26,551 bases of DNA from a virus (lineage: Duplodnaviria > Caudoviricetes). Location of the stretch: the IMG/VR virus record IMGVR_UViG_3300032247_000631, positions 1 to 26,551 of that record; one strand, written 5' to 3'. Under the pieces are notes generated by a model. It did not search any database and had not been told where the DNA came from. It saw only the letters and a list, made by a program, of their open reading frames with translations. Below are positions 1 to 7,468 of the stretch, piece by piece. A program made the translations under genes and the position numbers. The first letter of the stretch is position 1. Each line of letters opens with the position of its first letter.

Positions 1-51
1 AATCTTTGCTCGGACTTCGTCCTGATGATTCTTTCTAATTCTTGCCGCCAT
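1..51 (-). CDS. N-terminus (partial) of putative terminase small subunit / first late gene
   Basis: ATG at 51 with GGAG RBS (ctcc 59-62); reads MAARIRKNHQDEVRAKI off the window edge. Resembles the N-terminus of a widespread podoviral protein found just before the large terminase. Only 17 aa visible. Confidence 0.45.
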   Translation of the reverse strand, partial: MAARIRKNHQDEVRAKI

Positions 52-84
52 GATTACACTCCGTTAATTGAAAATTACACTCTG

Positions 85-345
85 TTAATTCAGAGTTCTG
101 CTCTCAGCCTTCTTAAAAGACTCCAGCAACCCACCAATAAGCCTCTCAACATCCCGAATACTCTGGAATGAATTGAGATTCACCTCGGTCTCGTATGCCA
201 TAGGCTCACCATTGATATAGACAACACCCCTAATCGTCACGTCATAGGGCGCTAATGCCTGTCTCAGTTCAGATGGATAGCCCACCTCTACACCTTTAAG
301 GGGTTCGTAACTCCTCAAGAGCGTCTCAAGTTCGTTAATCCTCAC
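85..345 (-). CDS. hypothetical protein (~86 aa)
   Basis: ORF track 85..390, but the part above 364 lies inside the tRNA. GTG at 345 follows a GGAG RBS. Confidence 0.7.
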   Translation of the reverse strand: MRINELETLLRSYEPLKGVEVGYPSELRQALAPYDVTIRGVVYINGEPMAYETEVNLNSFQSIRDVERLIGGLLESFKKAESRTLN

Positions 346-363
346 GTCTACTCCATCAGTTAT

Positions 364-438
364 TGGTTGCGGGGGATGGAATCGAACCACCGACCTATTG
401 GTTATGAGCCAATCGCTCTACCTCTGCGCTACCCCGCT
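364..438 (-). tRNA. tRNA-Met (CAT), initiator-like acceptor stem, encoded CCA
   Basis: Minus strand AGCGGGG-TA-GCGC-AGAGGTA-GAGC-G-ATTGG-CTCATAA-CCAAT-AGGTC-GGTGG-TTCGATT-CCATC-CCCCGCA-ACCA folds as a cloverleaf. 1:72 mismatch and GCGGGG/CCCCGC stem as in tRNA-fMet. Confidence 0.95.
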
Positions 439-672
439 ATAAAAATTTTCTACGCACACCGCTTAGACCCCCTGTGTGCCAATCTTTTGGTCCGTAGGGG
501 TCAAGTGCGTTCACGTATGGGATAGCGTTGGAGTCCTCAGACCCCCGTCCACTACGCTGTTGGTCACTCCACGGGATGTCCCTGTCCGTATTGCAGTGCC
601 AATCCGTAGTTCACCGTTGATTTATATAGTGTTTCTGTGTAGTTGTGCCTACTTTTGTGCTTGTTAGTTAGT

Positions 673-698
673 TGTTGCCCCCTCTTTGAGGGGCAACA
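673..698. repeat. hairpin with CTCTTTGA loop (copy 1)
   Basis: TGTTGCCCC-CTCTTTGA-GGGGCAACA, perfect 9-bp stem. Confidence 0.8.
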
Positions 699-781
699 CC
701 TGTCCCTTTGTGGGGAATGGACTCCCGTCCGTGTTACCCACACTAACTCTTTGATTTCAAACACAGAAAGGTAACTGACTT

Positions 782-979
782 ATGCGTACAAACACTTGCT
801 TAACAAACGTCTATCAGGTCTCTAACGACATCCGTGAGTACGGAACTGTCTATGCCTATCACAAGGCTAGAGAACGTAATGCAACTTGGACACAAGCCTT
901 ATGGCTTATCTACGTATCCAAGTCTATGGACAAGCACCAGAACCGTAAGTACTCGAATGAGTACGTCTCTCTCCGTTAA
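782..979 (+). CDS. hypothetical early protein (65 aa)
   Basis: ATG with GAAAGG RBS; first ORF of the rightward cassette. Confidence 0.65.
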   Translation: MRTNTCLTNVYQVSNDIREYGTVYAYHKARERNATWTQALWLIYVSKSMDKHQNRKYSNEYVSLR

Positions 980-993
980 GTTTTCTTCTCTTT

Positions 994-1025
994 GTTATTT
1001 CCCCCCTCTTTGAGGGGGAAATAAC
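994..1025. repeat. hairpin with CTCTTTGA loop (copy 2), followed by pyrimidine tract; possible terminator or processing site
   Basis: GTTATTTCCCCC-CTCTTTGA-GGGGGAAATAAC, perfect 12-bp stem, then TTTCTTTTT. Confidence 0.8.
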
Positions 1026-1081
1026 TTTCTTTTTTCTCTCTCGTTCTTCCATCAATGTTTCTTTACTCAAAGGAGTCTGTC

Positions 1082-1459
1082 ATGTCTTTAGTTCTTTCTC
1101 AATCCGTTGCTCATCCAACTCAGCCACAAATTGATCGCTTGATCTCTCTTGGTATCACTACCGTTCCTAGTACTCGTACAGAGGCTAGCGCACAAATCAC
1201 TAAGGCTATTGCCGAGCGTGATATGCGCCCAGCGACTACCGCTCAAAAAGGTAGAGCGGGTGTCTTAGGTGGTCGTGATCTTCCCGGCGCTGGTGTGCGG
1301 GAAGTTTCCTCACAAATCGCTTTGCTAGAGGCACTGGCACTGGTCGATGGTTCAGAGTTCAACTCCGAGTTGCACTCAGAAGCAATCCAGTTGCTTATCC
1401 AGCGTGTACGTGATCGCTTTGTTAAAGCGGTCAAGGTAACAGTACCCGCTCAGAAGTAA
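1082..1459 (+). CDS. hypothetical early protein
   Basis: AAGGAG RBS before ATG 1082 (MSLVLSQ). Contains two imperfect 'P(A)TxxQ...LG......EASxQI' units. Confidence 0.8.
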   Translation: MSLVLSQSVAHPTQPQIDRLISLGITTVPSTRTEASAQITKAIAERDMRPATTAQKGRAGVLGGRDLPGAGVREVSSQIALLEALALVDGSEFNSELHSEAIQLLIQRVRDRFVKAVKVTVPAQK

Positions 1460-1465
1460 GACTAC

Positions 1466-1511
1466 GCCTCAGTTCGGAGACACCCTCTGGACTGAGGCAA
1501 CTTCTCTTTTC
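1466..1511 (+). terminator. long hairpin (terminator or RNase III-type processing site)
   Basis: GCCTCAGT...ACTGAGGC stem extended inward by G-U pairs, followed by CTTCTCTTTT. Confidence 0.55.
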
Positions 1512-1525
1512 AACTATTCAATCTC

Positions 1526-1542
1526 GACTCGATATTTCCATG
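1526..1542 (+). repeat. 17-bp motif GACTCGATATTTCCATG copy 1 of 4
   Basis: Near-identical copies at 1922-1938, 7395-7411, 7418-7434. Confidence 0.85.
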
Positions 1543-1555
1543 AAAGGAACTGATC

Positions 1556-1894
1556 ATGCTTGCAGAAAAGTTAACTCAATTCACTGGTAGTGAGCATCAT
1601 TACTTAGAACCACTGTCTCGTATGAAGTACACCGATGGTGTGAAGTACTTTGCAGATACTGCTGGAGCCTACTGGTTCTTAGACATCATCTTCTCAGAGT
1701 TCTCTCAGTTACAACGCTCAGTCGGATTCATGTCCATCTCTCTAGATGTACAAGGTAGCGAAGCAATCATCTCTGCTACCGATGGAAACAACTTTGAGTT
1801 AAAGGGTCGCCGTGTTGATTACACGGATTGCCCCGCTGGAACGTACAAGTTCTTCTTTTGCGACGATGTGTTGTTACTCCAGTCGGAGTACTAA
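1556..1894 (+). CDS. DUF6876 family protein
   Basis: L.QFTGSE.HY...YTDGVKY.A...GAYWFLD.I and C-terminal YTD.P.G...F.....LLL.SEY signatures; AAGGA RBS. Confidence 0.8.
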   Translation: MLAEKLTQFTGSEHHYLEPLSRMKYTDGVKYFADTAGAYWFLDIIFSEFSQLQRSVGFMSISLDVQGSEAIISATDGNNFELKGRRVDYTDCPAGTYKFFFCDDVLLLQSEY

Positions 1895-1896
1895 CC

Positions 1897-2130
1897 ATGC
1901 GTAAACACATCCCTCAATCCCGTCTCAATATTTCCATGAAGCGGTTCATTCAGGCAACGATGTTCTATCTATCAACCCTTGCTTTCATTGTTATCACTGG
2001 CTTCTGGGTCACAACCCGCTCAACCGATGCTCTCACTCTCACCGCTTACTCACTAGGTTTCTTTGCATCAATGGCAATTTCATTTCGCTACTACACATTA
2101 CTCACCAACAAGGAGGATGACTACTTATGA
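1897..2130 (+). CDS. small membrane protein, two predicted TM helices
   Basis: ATG 1897 after GGAG. Hydrophobic segments ATMFYLSTLAFIVITGFWV and ALTLTAYSLGFFASMAISF. ATGA overlap with the next gene. Confidence 0.7.
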   Translation: MRKHIPQSRLNISMKRFIQATMFYLSTLAFIVITGFWVTTRSTDALTLTAYSLGFFASMAISFRYYTLLTNKEDDYL

Positions 2131-3560
2131 ATGCTCCAGCCGAACTTGCTCGGGTATTTCCGTCTATCAAGGATAGACGTGAGGTACTCGGGCATCACAT
2201 AGCAAGAATCAAACGACTGCTTCTCTCTCCCGATAGTCCCGAGCGCTCAACTCTTATGTCTGCGCTAGAAAAGATGACCATTGAAAAGGCTAAGTATTTG
2301 TCAAGACTGTTCCGAAAGATCCGCCAAGATGATTCAGAGTTCTCGTCTCGAGACAAACTGCGTGAGATATGCGCTAGTACCAACCATTTCTATGCACTAC
2401 TAGAGTACGACTTGACTGGCAATACATACGGCTCATACACCAACGGTGACAAGCGTGTCACATACATCAACCGTTACATCCGACAGTTCGCCGAAGCAGA
2501 TGACTGCGATGATTGCATGGAGATCATCAATGAAGACTTCTTTATGTGCAATGACTGCCAAGCATGGGAAGCAAACGATGTAGGCAGAACACCTTATGGC
2601 AGTGACTACGATCAAGTATGTCGCACTTGTATTGAAAACGAGTACACATTCTCTTCCTACTACGACCAGTATGTTTACTCAAACGATAGTCGTGAAGCCA
2701 TTGACCAATATGGCAATACCGTCACCATCCATGAAGACGATGACGACTTCAGTTACAGCGACGAAGAAGACTGCTACGTTCATACTGACCACAATCCAAA
2801 GGCTAGATTACTTGGCTCATACCACTCACACAAGAATCAATTCCATCCAATCGTTTCCGACTGGACTAAGTTGCACAACCGTTACTTCGGTGTTGAGTTA
2901 GAAGTAGAAGTCGCCAAGGGTGGGCGGTTAGATTCAGTTGAGGCAGTCAATGCGGTCGCCAATCTAGATGAGAACGGCAAGTTCTGTTGGTTTGAAACCG
3001 ATGGCTCACTATCCAATGGATACGAGATCATCACTCAACCGATGGGTCTTGACCAGCACGAAAAGTTCTGGGAGTGGCTCAAGACTGACCTTACCAAACC
3101 ACTGTTATCTCACAAGACCACGACTTGTGGTCTACACATCCATGTCAGCCGCAAGGGTCTGTCCAAACTCCAACTGTCCAAGATGATCTCATTTGTCAAT
3201 CATCCAGACAACGAGGAGTTCATCACTGCACTGGCTCGGCGCTACGCACAGAACTATGCACGTATCGGTCAGAAGAAGATCAGTACAGCATGGAAGTCTC
3301 AGCAATCCAGATATGACGCTATCAACATGGAGCCACGCCAAACCGTGGAGTTCCGTTTGTTTAGAGGCACTCTGAAATACGAGGCAGTCATTGCCTCAAT
3401 CCAGTTCGTCAACGCCTTAGTTGCCTACTGCCACGATCAATCCGGTTACGGGTTTGACCTTAGCACTTCGTCCTTTTTGAAGTTCCTCGAAAAGAAAGAA
3501 ATTCAGAAAGATACAAAGTATCTCCGCCAATACATCGACAGTCGTCTCGACTCTCGATAA
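2127..3560 (+). CDS. putative amidoligase (Amidoligase_2, COOH-NH2 ligase / glutamine-synthetase fold) with N-terminal CxxC/acidic region
   Basis: Motifs YFGVELEVE, ETDGSL, YEIITQP, TCGLHIHV, RYDAIN, TVEFRLFRGTL. N-terminal CDDC/CNDC/CRTC pairs. AAGGAGG RBS. Confidence 0.9.
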   Translation: MNAPAELARVFPSIKDRREVLGHHIARIKRLLLSPDSPERSTLMSALEKMTIEKAKYLSRLFRKIRQDDSEFSSRDKLREICASTNHFYALLEYDLTGNTYGSYTNGDKRVTYINRYIRQFAEADDCDDCMEIINEDFFMCNDCQAWEANDVGRTPYGSDYDQVCRTCIENEYTFSSYYDQYVYSNDSREAIDQYGNTVTIHEDDDDFSYSDEEDCYVHTDHNPKARLLGSYHSHKNQFHPIVSDWTKLHNRYFGVELEVEVAKGGRLDSVEAVNAVANLDENGKFCWFETDGSLSNGYEIITQPMGLDQHEKFWEWLKTDLTKPLLSHKTTTCGLHIHVSRKGLSKLQLSKMISFVNHPDNEEFITALARRYAQNYARIGQKKISTAWKSQQSRYDAINMEPRQTVEFRLFRGTLKYEAVIASIQFVNALVAYCHDQSGYGFDLSTSSFLKFLEKKEIQKDTKYLRQYIDSRLDSR

Positions 3561-3576
3561 TCTAGAAAGGTTCGCT

Positions 3577-4530
3577 ATGTGTATCTTGATACAACACAAT
3601 AAGACTTCGTCTTTCTCTGACGAATTGCTCACTGATTTCTACACGCACAACTCAGATGGTTTCGGTCTCATGTATGGTGACGGAAACAAACTTCACATCA
3701 CCAAGTCTCTTGGCAGTGTCGAAGAAACCATCGCACTCTATCGTGACTTAGCCGAAGGTCGTGATTGCGTCATTCACTATCGCATGAAGACTCACGGCAA
3801 GATTGATCTGACAAACTGCCATCCATACCGCATTACCGATGATCTCTGGGTAGCCCACAACGGGATACTGTCTGCTTCCAACCCAATCAACAAAGACTTA
3901 TCAGATACATGGCATCTGATTGAATACATTCTCAAGCCTATCGCCGAACAAAATGCAGACAAGTTCTTCGAAGATGACTTCATCAGGTACATGGAGTCTC
4001 TGATCGGCTCAACAAACAAACTTGCTTTCTGTCACGCCGATGGGCGCACATCCATTGTTAACCGTGATTCCGGTGTCAACTATCAAGAATCTTGGATGTC
4101 CAACACATACGCTTGGTCAGCCGCCAAGTTTGGTGTTCGCTCCAACATACCAACCTACACCAAGTATTCAAACTACTCCAGCAAGTACGACTGGATGTAT
4201 GAAGACTACGACTATGACGCTGTCCCGCCATTGCTCAAGTCTTCAGCGCCAGCAGAGCCAAAGGCTTATGTTGGCAACATCACAGAGAAGGCGTACTTCA
4301 ACGCCCAGAAGGTAGCGAAGGCGGCATACAACTCTTGGATGCGTGGAGAAAGACATCTCATCCAATGGGTCATCGATGCCCCAGAGAAAGCAACCTTCTT
4401 CTTGGAAGAGTACTACCAATTCGAGAAGGGTGAAATCTATGACATGGTGCTAGCCGAACCGGAAGAAGCGGCTAGTTGGGTGGCTGATCTGTTCATGACA
4501 GACTCCGTTCAGCCATCTCTTATCCAGTAA
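3577..4530 (+). CDS. class II (Ntn) glutamine amidotransferase
   Basis: Cys at position 2 (MCILI), NSDGFG, HYRMKTHG, NCHPY, HNGIL, SDT motifs. Confidence 0.92.
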   Translation: MCILIQHNKTSSFSDELLTDFYTHNSDGFGLMYGDGNKLHITKSLGSVEETIALYRDLAEGRDCVIHYRMKTHGKIDLTNCHPYRITDDLWVAHNGILSASNPINKDLSDTWHLIEYILKPIAEQNADKFFEDDFIRYMESLIGSTNKLAFCHADGRTSIVNRDSGVNYQESWMSNTYAWSAAKFGVRSNIPTYTKYSNYSSKYDWMYEDYDYDAVPPLLKSSAPAEPKAYVGNITEKAYFNAQKVAKAAYNSWMRGERHLIQWVIDAPEKATFFLEEYYQFEKGEIYDMVLAEPEEAASWVADLFMTDSVQPSLIQ

Positions 4531-4539
4531 TAGGTTTGG

Positions 4540-4564
4540 GGCTACCCGAAAGGGTAGCCTTTTT
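4540..4564 (+). terminator. rho-independent terminator
   Basis: GGCTACCC-GAAA-GGGTAGCC-TTTTT. Confidence 0.9.
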
Positions 4565-4579
4565 AATTTAAGGAAACGT

Positions 4580-4774
4580 ATGCCAATGCTCAAACTAATA
4601 CGCCGTCAATACAAGGTCATGGTTGGTGACAAGGTAATCGCCACACTGACAAACAGGAAGTCGGCAATGGAATATGCAATCAACTTTAACGAAGGGTTGG
4701 GAGACGGTGTCTCTCTAGCCTACGTTAAGTACGCCCACATCTACGAACCAAGGAAAGAATATGCAGATCATTAA
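4580..4774 (+). CDS. hypothetical protein
   Basis: AAGGA RBS; overlaps the next ORF. Confidence 0.7.
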   Translation: MPMLKLIRRQYKVMVGDKVIATLTNRKSAMEYAINFNEGLGDGVSLAYVKYAHIYEPRKEYADH

Positions 4775-5162
4775 ATCAAAAGCGTTTACCGTACAAGTTC
4801 CCACTGGGAGGTATGTACTAGGTGACCCCTGTTACTCAGTTGCAGATGAACACTGGGATGCACTACTCGCTAGTTGCGATTACTTCAACGAACCTGTCGG
4901 CACAGTCAATGGTGTCAAGGTTCTTGCCTTCTCCACCAAGTGGGGCGATGGCTGTTACCAAGATCAATTCGGAAATGAATACGGCGTAGACGCTGGACTC
5001 ATTGGTCTTGTACCAATCTCATTGGCTACCAAGAAGGATGACCCAGACGGATTGATCGTTGACTTCATCGGCTCAGTCATCTGCTCAACAGATGGCAACG
5101 GCAAACTTACCTTTGGTAAGTACGTCATTGACACAGACCCAGAGGGAGATGAATCATGGTAG
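4761..5162 (+). CDS. conserved phage protein, DUF4241-like
   Basis: GRYVLGDPCY, TKWGDGCY, VDAGLIG motifs. Confidence 0.7.
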   Translation: MQIIKSKAFTVQVPTGRYVLGDPCYSVADEHWDALLASCDYFNEPVGTVNGVKVLAFSTKWGDGCYQDQFGNEYGVDAGLIGLVPISLATKKDDPDGLIVDFIGSVICSTDGNGKLTFGKYVIDTDPEGDESW

Positions 5163-5377
5163 ATGAACTACTAACAATCATGGAAACCGAAACGCTAGAT
5201 GACGGGTCAGTCGTTATTAACTTTGACCAGATCGACAAAGACAGTCGAGAAACCATCAAGCAAAACGGCTATGTAATGGTTCGCCAAGAAACCAATGAGT
5301 TCTTGGTGACCATCTTCAACTCGGATGGCGATGTTATTTCTGAAACATCACTTCCAATTAACTTTAAGGAGTGTTGA
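5156..5377 (+). CDS. hypothetical acidic protein
   Basis: GGAG RBS, coupled ORF. Confidence 0.7.
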   Translation: MVDELLTIMETETLDDGSVVINFDQIDKDSRETIKQNGYVMVRQETNEFLVTIFNSDGDVISETSLPINFKEC

Positions 5378-5378
5378 T

Positions 5379-5633
5379 ATGCAAACACTTGAAACCAAAT
5401 GGATAGAAGAAATATCCCGTGTGCTTGTCGGTAAAAAAATTACAGACGTTAGTTACATGACCGCCGATGAGTGTAAAGAACTGGGTTGGTACGACCGGGC
5501 AATCATCATCGAACTACAAGATACCAAGGGCAACAAGACTTACTTGTATCCAACCAGTGATGACGAAGGGAACAACGCTGGCGCTATTGCAACCAGCGAC
5601 CCCAAGTTAACTGTCATTCCAGTCTTTAGATAA
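5379..5633 (+). CDS. conserved hypothetical phage protein
   Basis: AAGGAG RBS before MQTLETK. L.GKKI.DV.YMT.....LGW and P.SDDEGNNAGA motifs recur in environmental phages. Confidence 0.8.
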   Translation: MQTLETKWIEEISRVLVGKKITDVSYMTADECKELGWYDRAIIIELQDTKGNKTYLYPTSDDEGNNAGAIATSDPKLTVIPVFR

Positions 5634-5644
5634 GGAGAAATCAA

Positions 5645-5815
5645 ATGCGCTTCAAAGTAAGAGCATCTTACGTATCGATTTGCGAAACCATCATCGAAGC
5701 AAAGGACAAAGACGAGGCTTGGCGCATTGCCAAGGCACTAGACGGCGGGGTCTTCGATACCAAGTTTGACCCTGATGACTGGCAGATTGACCACGTTACC
5801 CCGATAGAAGAATAA
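5645..5815 (+). CDS. small hypothetical protein (56 aa, below ORF-track cutoff)
   Basis: AAGGAG RBS; MRFKVRASYVSICETIIEAKDKDEAWRIAKALDGG...IEE*. Confidence 0.8.
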   Translation: MRFKVRASYVSICETIIEAKDKDEAWRIAKALDGGVFDTKFDPDDWQIDHVTPIEE

Positions 5816-5905
5816 CTTTTTCAAAACTTATATAACTTTTTAGAAAGTAATAGGGTATTTCCTACCCTATTTAACTTTACAGAAAGTTATTAGCAGTGCT
5901 AACAT
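5813..5905 (+). promoter_or_regulatory. promoter/operator array upstream of DUF932 gene
   Basis: Three TAACTTT-N4-AAAGTTA-type dyads (5813, 5833, 5872), dyad ATAGGGTA-N5-TACCCTAT (5850-5870), TTAGCAGTGCTAA (5890-5902), TTTACA-18-TAACAT with extended TG. Confidence 0.7.
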
Positions 5906-5943
5906 TAAACATCATCATCGCTACTAAATACAGGAGAAAGCAA

Positions 5944-7128
5944 ATGAACGCAGTTACCAGCCATGAATCCACCGCACTAAACCAAGCCGTCAAGGTTGAC
6001 CCTCACAAGGGTCAGCGTATCGGAGCAGTATCTAGCCAATGGTTCAGTCGCTCAGACGATGAGCGATTCTTATCCCTGACCGCCCTTGAGGAAGCAGTCA
6101 GTGTACGTTCCATGAACGCACAGCAAGAGATCATCGATGTCCGAGGGGTTGAGATCAGGGCTAAGTCTGACGATGCTGAGACCCTCAAGGTTACCTTCGA
6201 CAACCAAGAACTAGATGCTACGCACTGGTCTTTTGGTCAGATGGCTAGCCTTGCTGGTGCGCCAGCCGGATACCTTCGTAAGTTGCCGTCAGTTATTGCT
6301 GGCATCAACCTACAGTATGGTCTTCAGAACTTACGCTCTGAGAACGTCAAGATGTTCTACAACCCAGAACAGAATCAGTTGCTTGCCGCTACTGGTACTG
6401 AGTACGGGCGTGTCTACGATTGGGAACTCGTCAAGGCTGTACGCAAGATTGCCGGAGACGGCACTGGCGATACACGCTGGAAGGTTCCGGGCGCTATCAA
6501 CTGGGGCAACATGACATACAACCCCAATGTCAGCATCACAAAGGATACAACCACGTTGTACGCCTCTGACCGTGATGTGTTCATGTTCCTAGTGGATGAC
6601 ACCCATCCAATCGAAATCGGTAAGTTGCCTAACGGCGACCCCGACTATGTGTTCCGTGGGTTCTACGTCTGGAACTCTGAGGTTGGTTCCAAGACGCTTG
6701 GTATTTCTACCTTCTTGTTCCGTGCTGTATGCCAGAACCGCAATATCTGGGGCGCTCAGGACATCAGTGAAATCACTATCCGTCACTCAAAGAACGCACC
6801 TCAACGCTTTGCCGCAGAGGTTGAGCCAGCCTTGCTGGAGTACTCCAATGCGTCAGACAAGGGCATCATCCTTGGTATTCAGAATGCCAAGAACGCCATT
6901 GTTGCTAGGTCAGATGATGATCGGCTCCAGTTCTTAGGCAAGCAAGGCTTCTCTGCCAAGCAAGCCCAAAGAATTATCGACAGAGTCGTCACCGAGGAAG
7001 GCACTAAGCCTGAGTCAGTCTGGGATTTCGTGCAAGGCATCACCGCCGTAGCACGAGACATTGGTCATACCGATGACCGCATCACCCTTGAGAGACAGGC
7101 TGGCAACCTTCTCAAGAAAGCCGCTTAA
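5944..7128 (+). CDS. DUF932 (DUF945-like) domain protein
   Basis: VSSQWFSR.DDERFLSL, HWSFGQ, LYASDRDVF.FLVDD, RGFYVWNSEVG, RAVC.NR.IWG, S.WDFVQGITA. AGGAG RBS before ATG 5944. Confidence 0.88.
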   Translation: MNAVTSHESTALNQAVKVDPHKGQRIGAVSSQWFSRSDDERFLSLTALEEAVSVRSMNAQQEIIDVRGVEIRAKSDDAETLKVTFDNQELDATHWSFGQMASLAGAPAGYLRKLPSVIAGINLQYGLQNLRSENVKMFYNPEQNQLLAATGTEYGRVYDWELVKAVRKIAGDGTGDTRWKVPGAINWGNMTYNPNVSITKDTTTLYASDRDVFMFLVDDTHPIEIGKLPNGDPDYVFRGFYVWNSEVGSKTLGISTFLFRAVCQNRNIWGAQDISEITIRHSKNAPQRFAAEVEPALLEYSNASDKGIILGIQNAKNAIVARSDDDRLQFLGKQGFSAKQAQRIIDRVVTEEGTKPESVWDFVQGITAVARDIGHTDDRITLERQAGNLLKKAA

Positions 7129-7159
7129 TTAACCCAAAGGAGATAACTATGGAGACGGA

Positions 7160-7342
7160 ATGAAAGATGACAACTGGCAGACCCATGTACGCTATGAAAT
7201 ACAGGATGCCACTTATGACAAAGATCGACTACTGGAGATAACACAATGCCTTACACAAATGGAATCCCTCGACCTGATACCTGACGACATTGCATCAGAC
7301 CTATTCAACCTGATTCATATTCACAACTCATCAGACTTGTAA
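7160..7342 (+). CDS. hypothetical protein
   Basis: ORF ends just before a terminator; preceded by a 4-codon mini-ORF 7149-7163. Confidence 0.6.
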   Translation: MKDDNWQTHVRYEIQDATYDKDRLLEITQCLTQMESLDLIPDDIASDLFNLIHIHNSSDL

Positions 7343-7346
7343 CAAG

Positions 7347-7381
7347 CACAGACGGGCAAGCCCCGTCTGTGTTTTCTTTTT
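7347..7381 (+). terminator. rho-independent terminator closing the early cassette
   Basis: CACAGACGGG-CAAGC-CCCGTCTGTG-TTTTCTTTTT. Confidence 0.9.
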
Positions 7382-7385
7382 ATCC

Positions 7386-7434
7386 CCGACGGCAGACTCG
7401 ATAGTTCCATGCCGACGGACTTAATATTTCCATG
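7386..7434 (+). repeat. tandem pair of CCGACGG plus the 17-bp motif (copies 3 and 4)
   Basis: ccgacggca-GACTCGATAGTTCCATG-ccgacg-GACTTAATATTTCCATG. Confidence 0.85.
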
Positions 7435-7436
7435 CC

Positions 7437-7468
7437 AAAAAAGACTCAGCCACCCGAAGGTGGCTGAG
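7437..7468 (-). terminator. rho-independent terminator (UUCG tetraloop)
   Basis: Minus strand CTCAGCCACC-TTCG-GGTGGCTGAG-TC-TTTTTT. Confidence 0.92.

Noticed and set aside
346-390. ORF-track start of the 101-aa ORF
   Set aside because: Lies within the tRNA; GTG 345 has the RBS.
476-764. ORFs 476..667 and 564..764
   Set aside because: No RBS, non-ATG starts, overlap structured repeats.
1526-1542. T7-like RNA polymerase promoter (CGACTC resemblance)
   Set aside because: Only 5-6 bases match, no RNA polymerase gene is seen, and two copies sit between convergent terminators.
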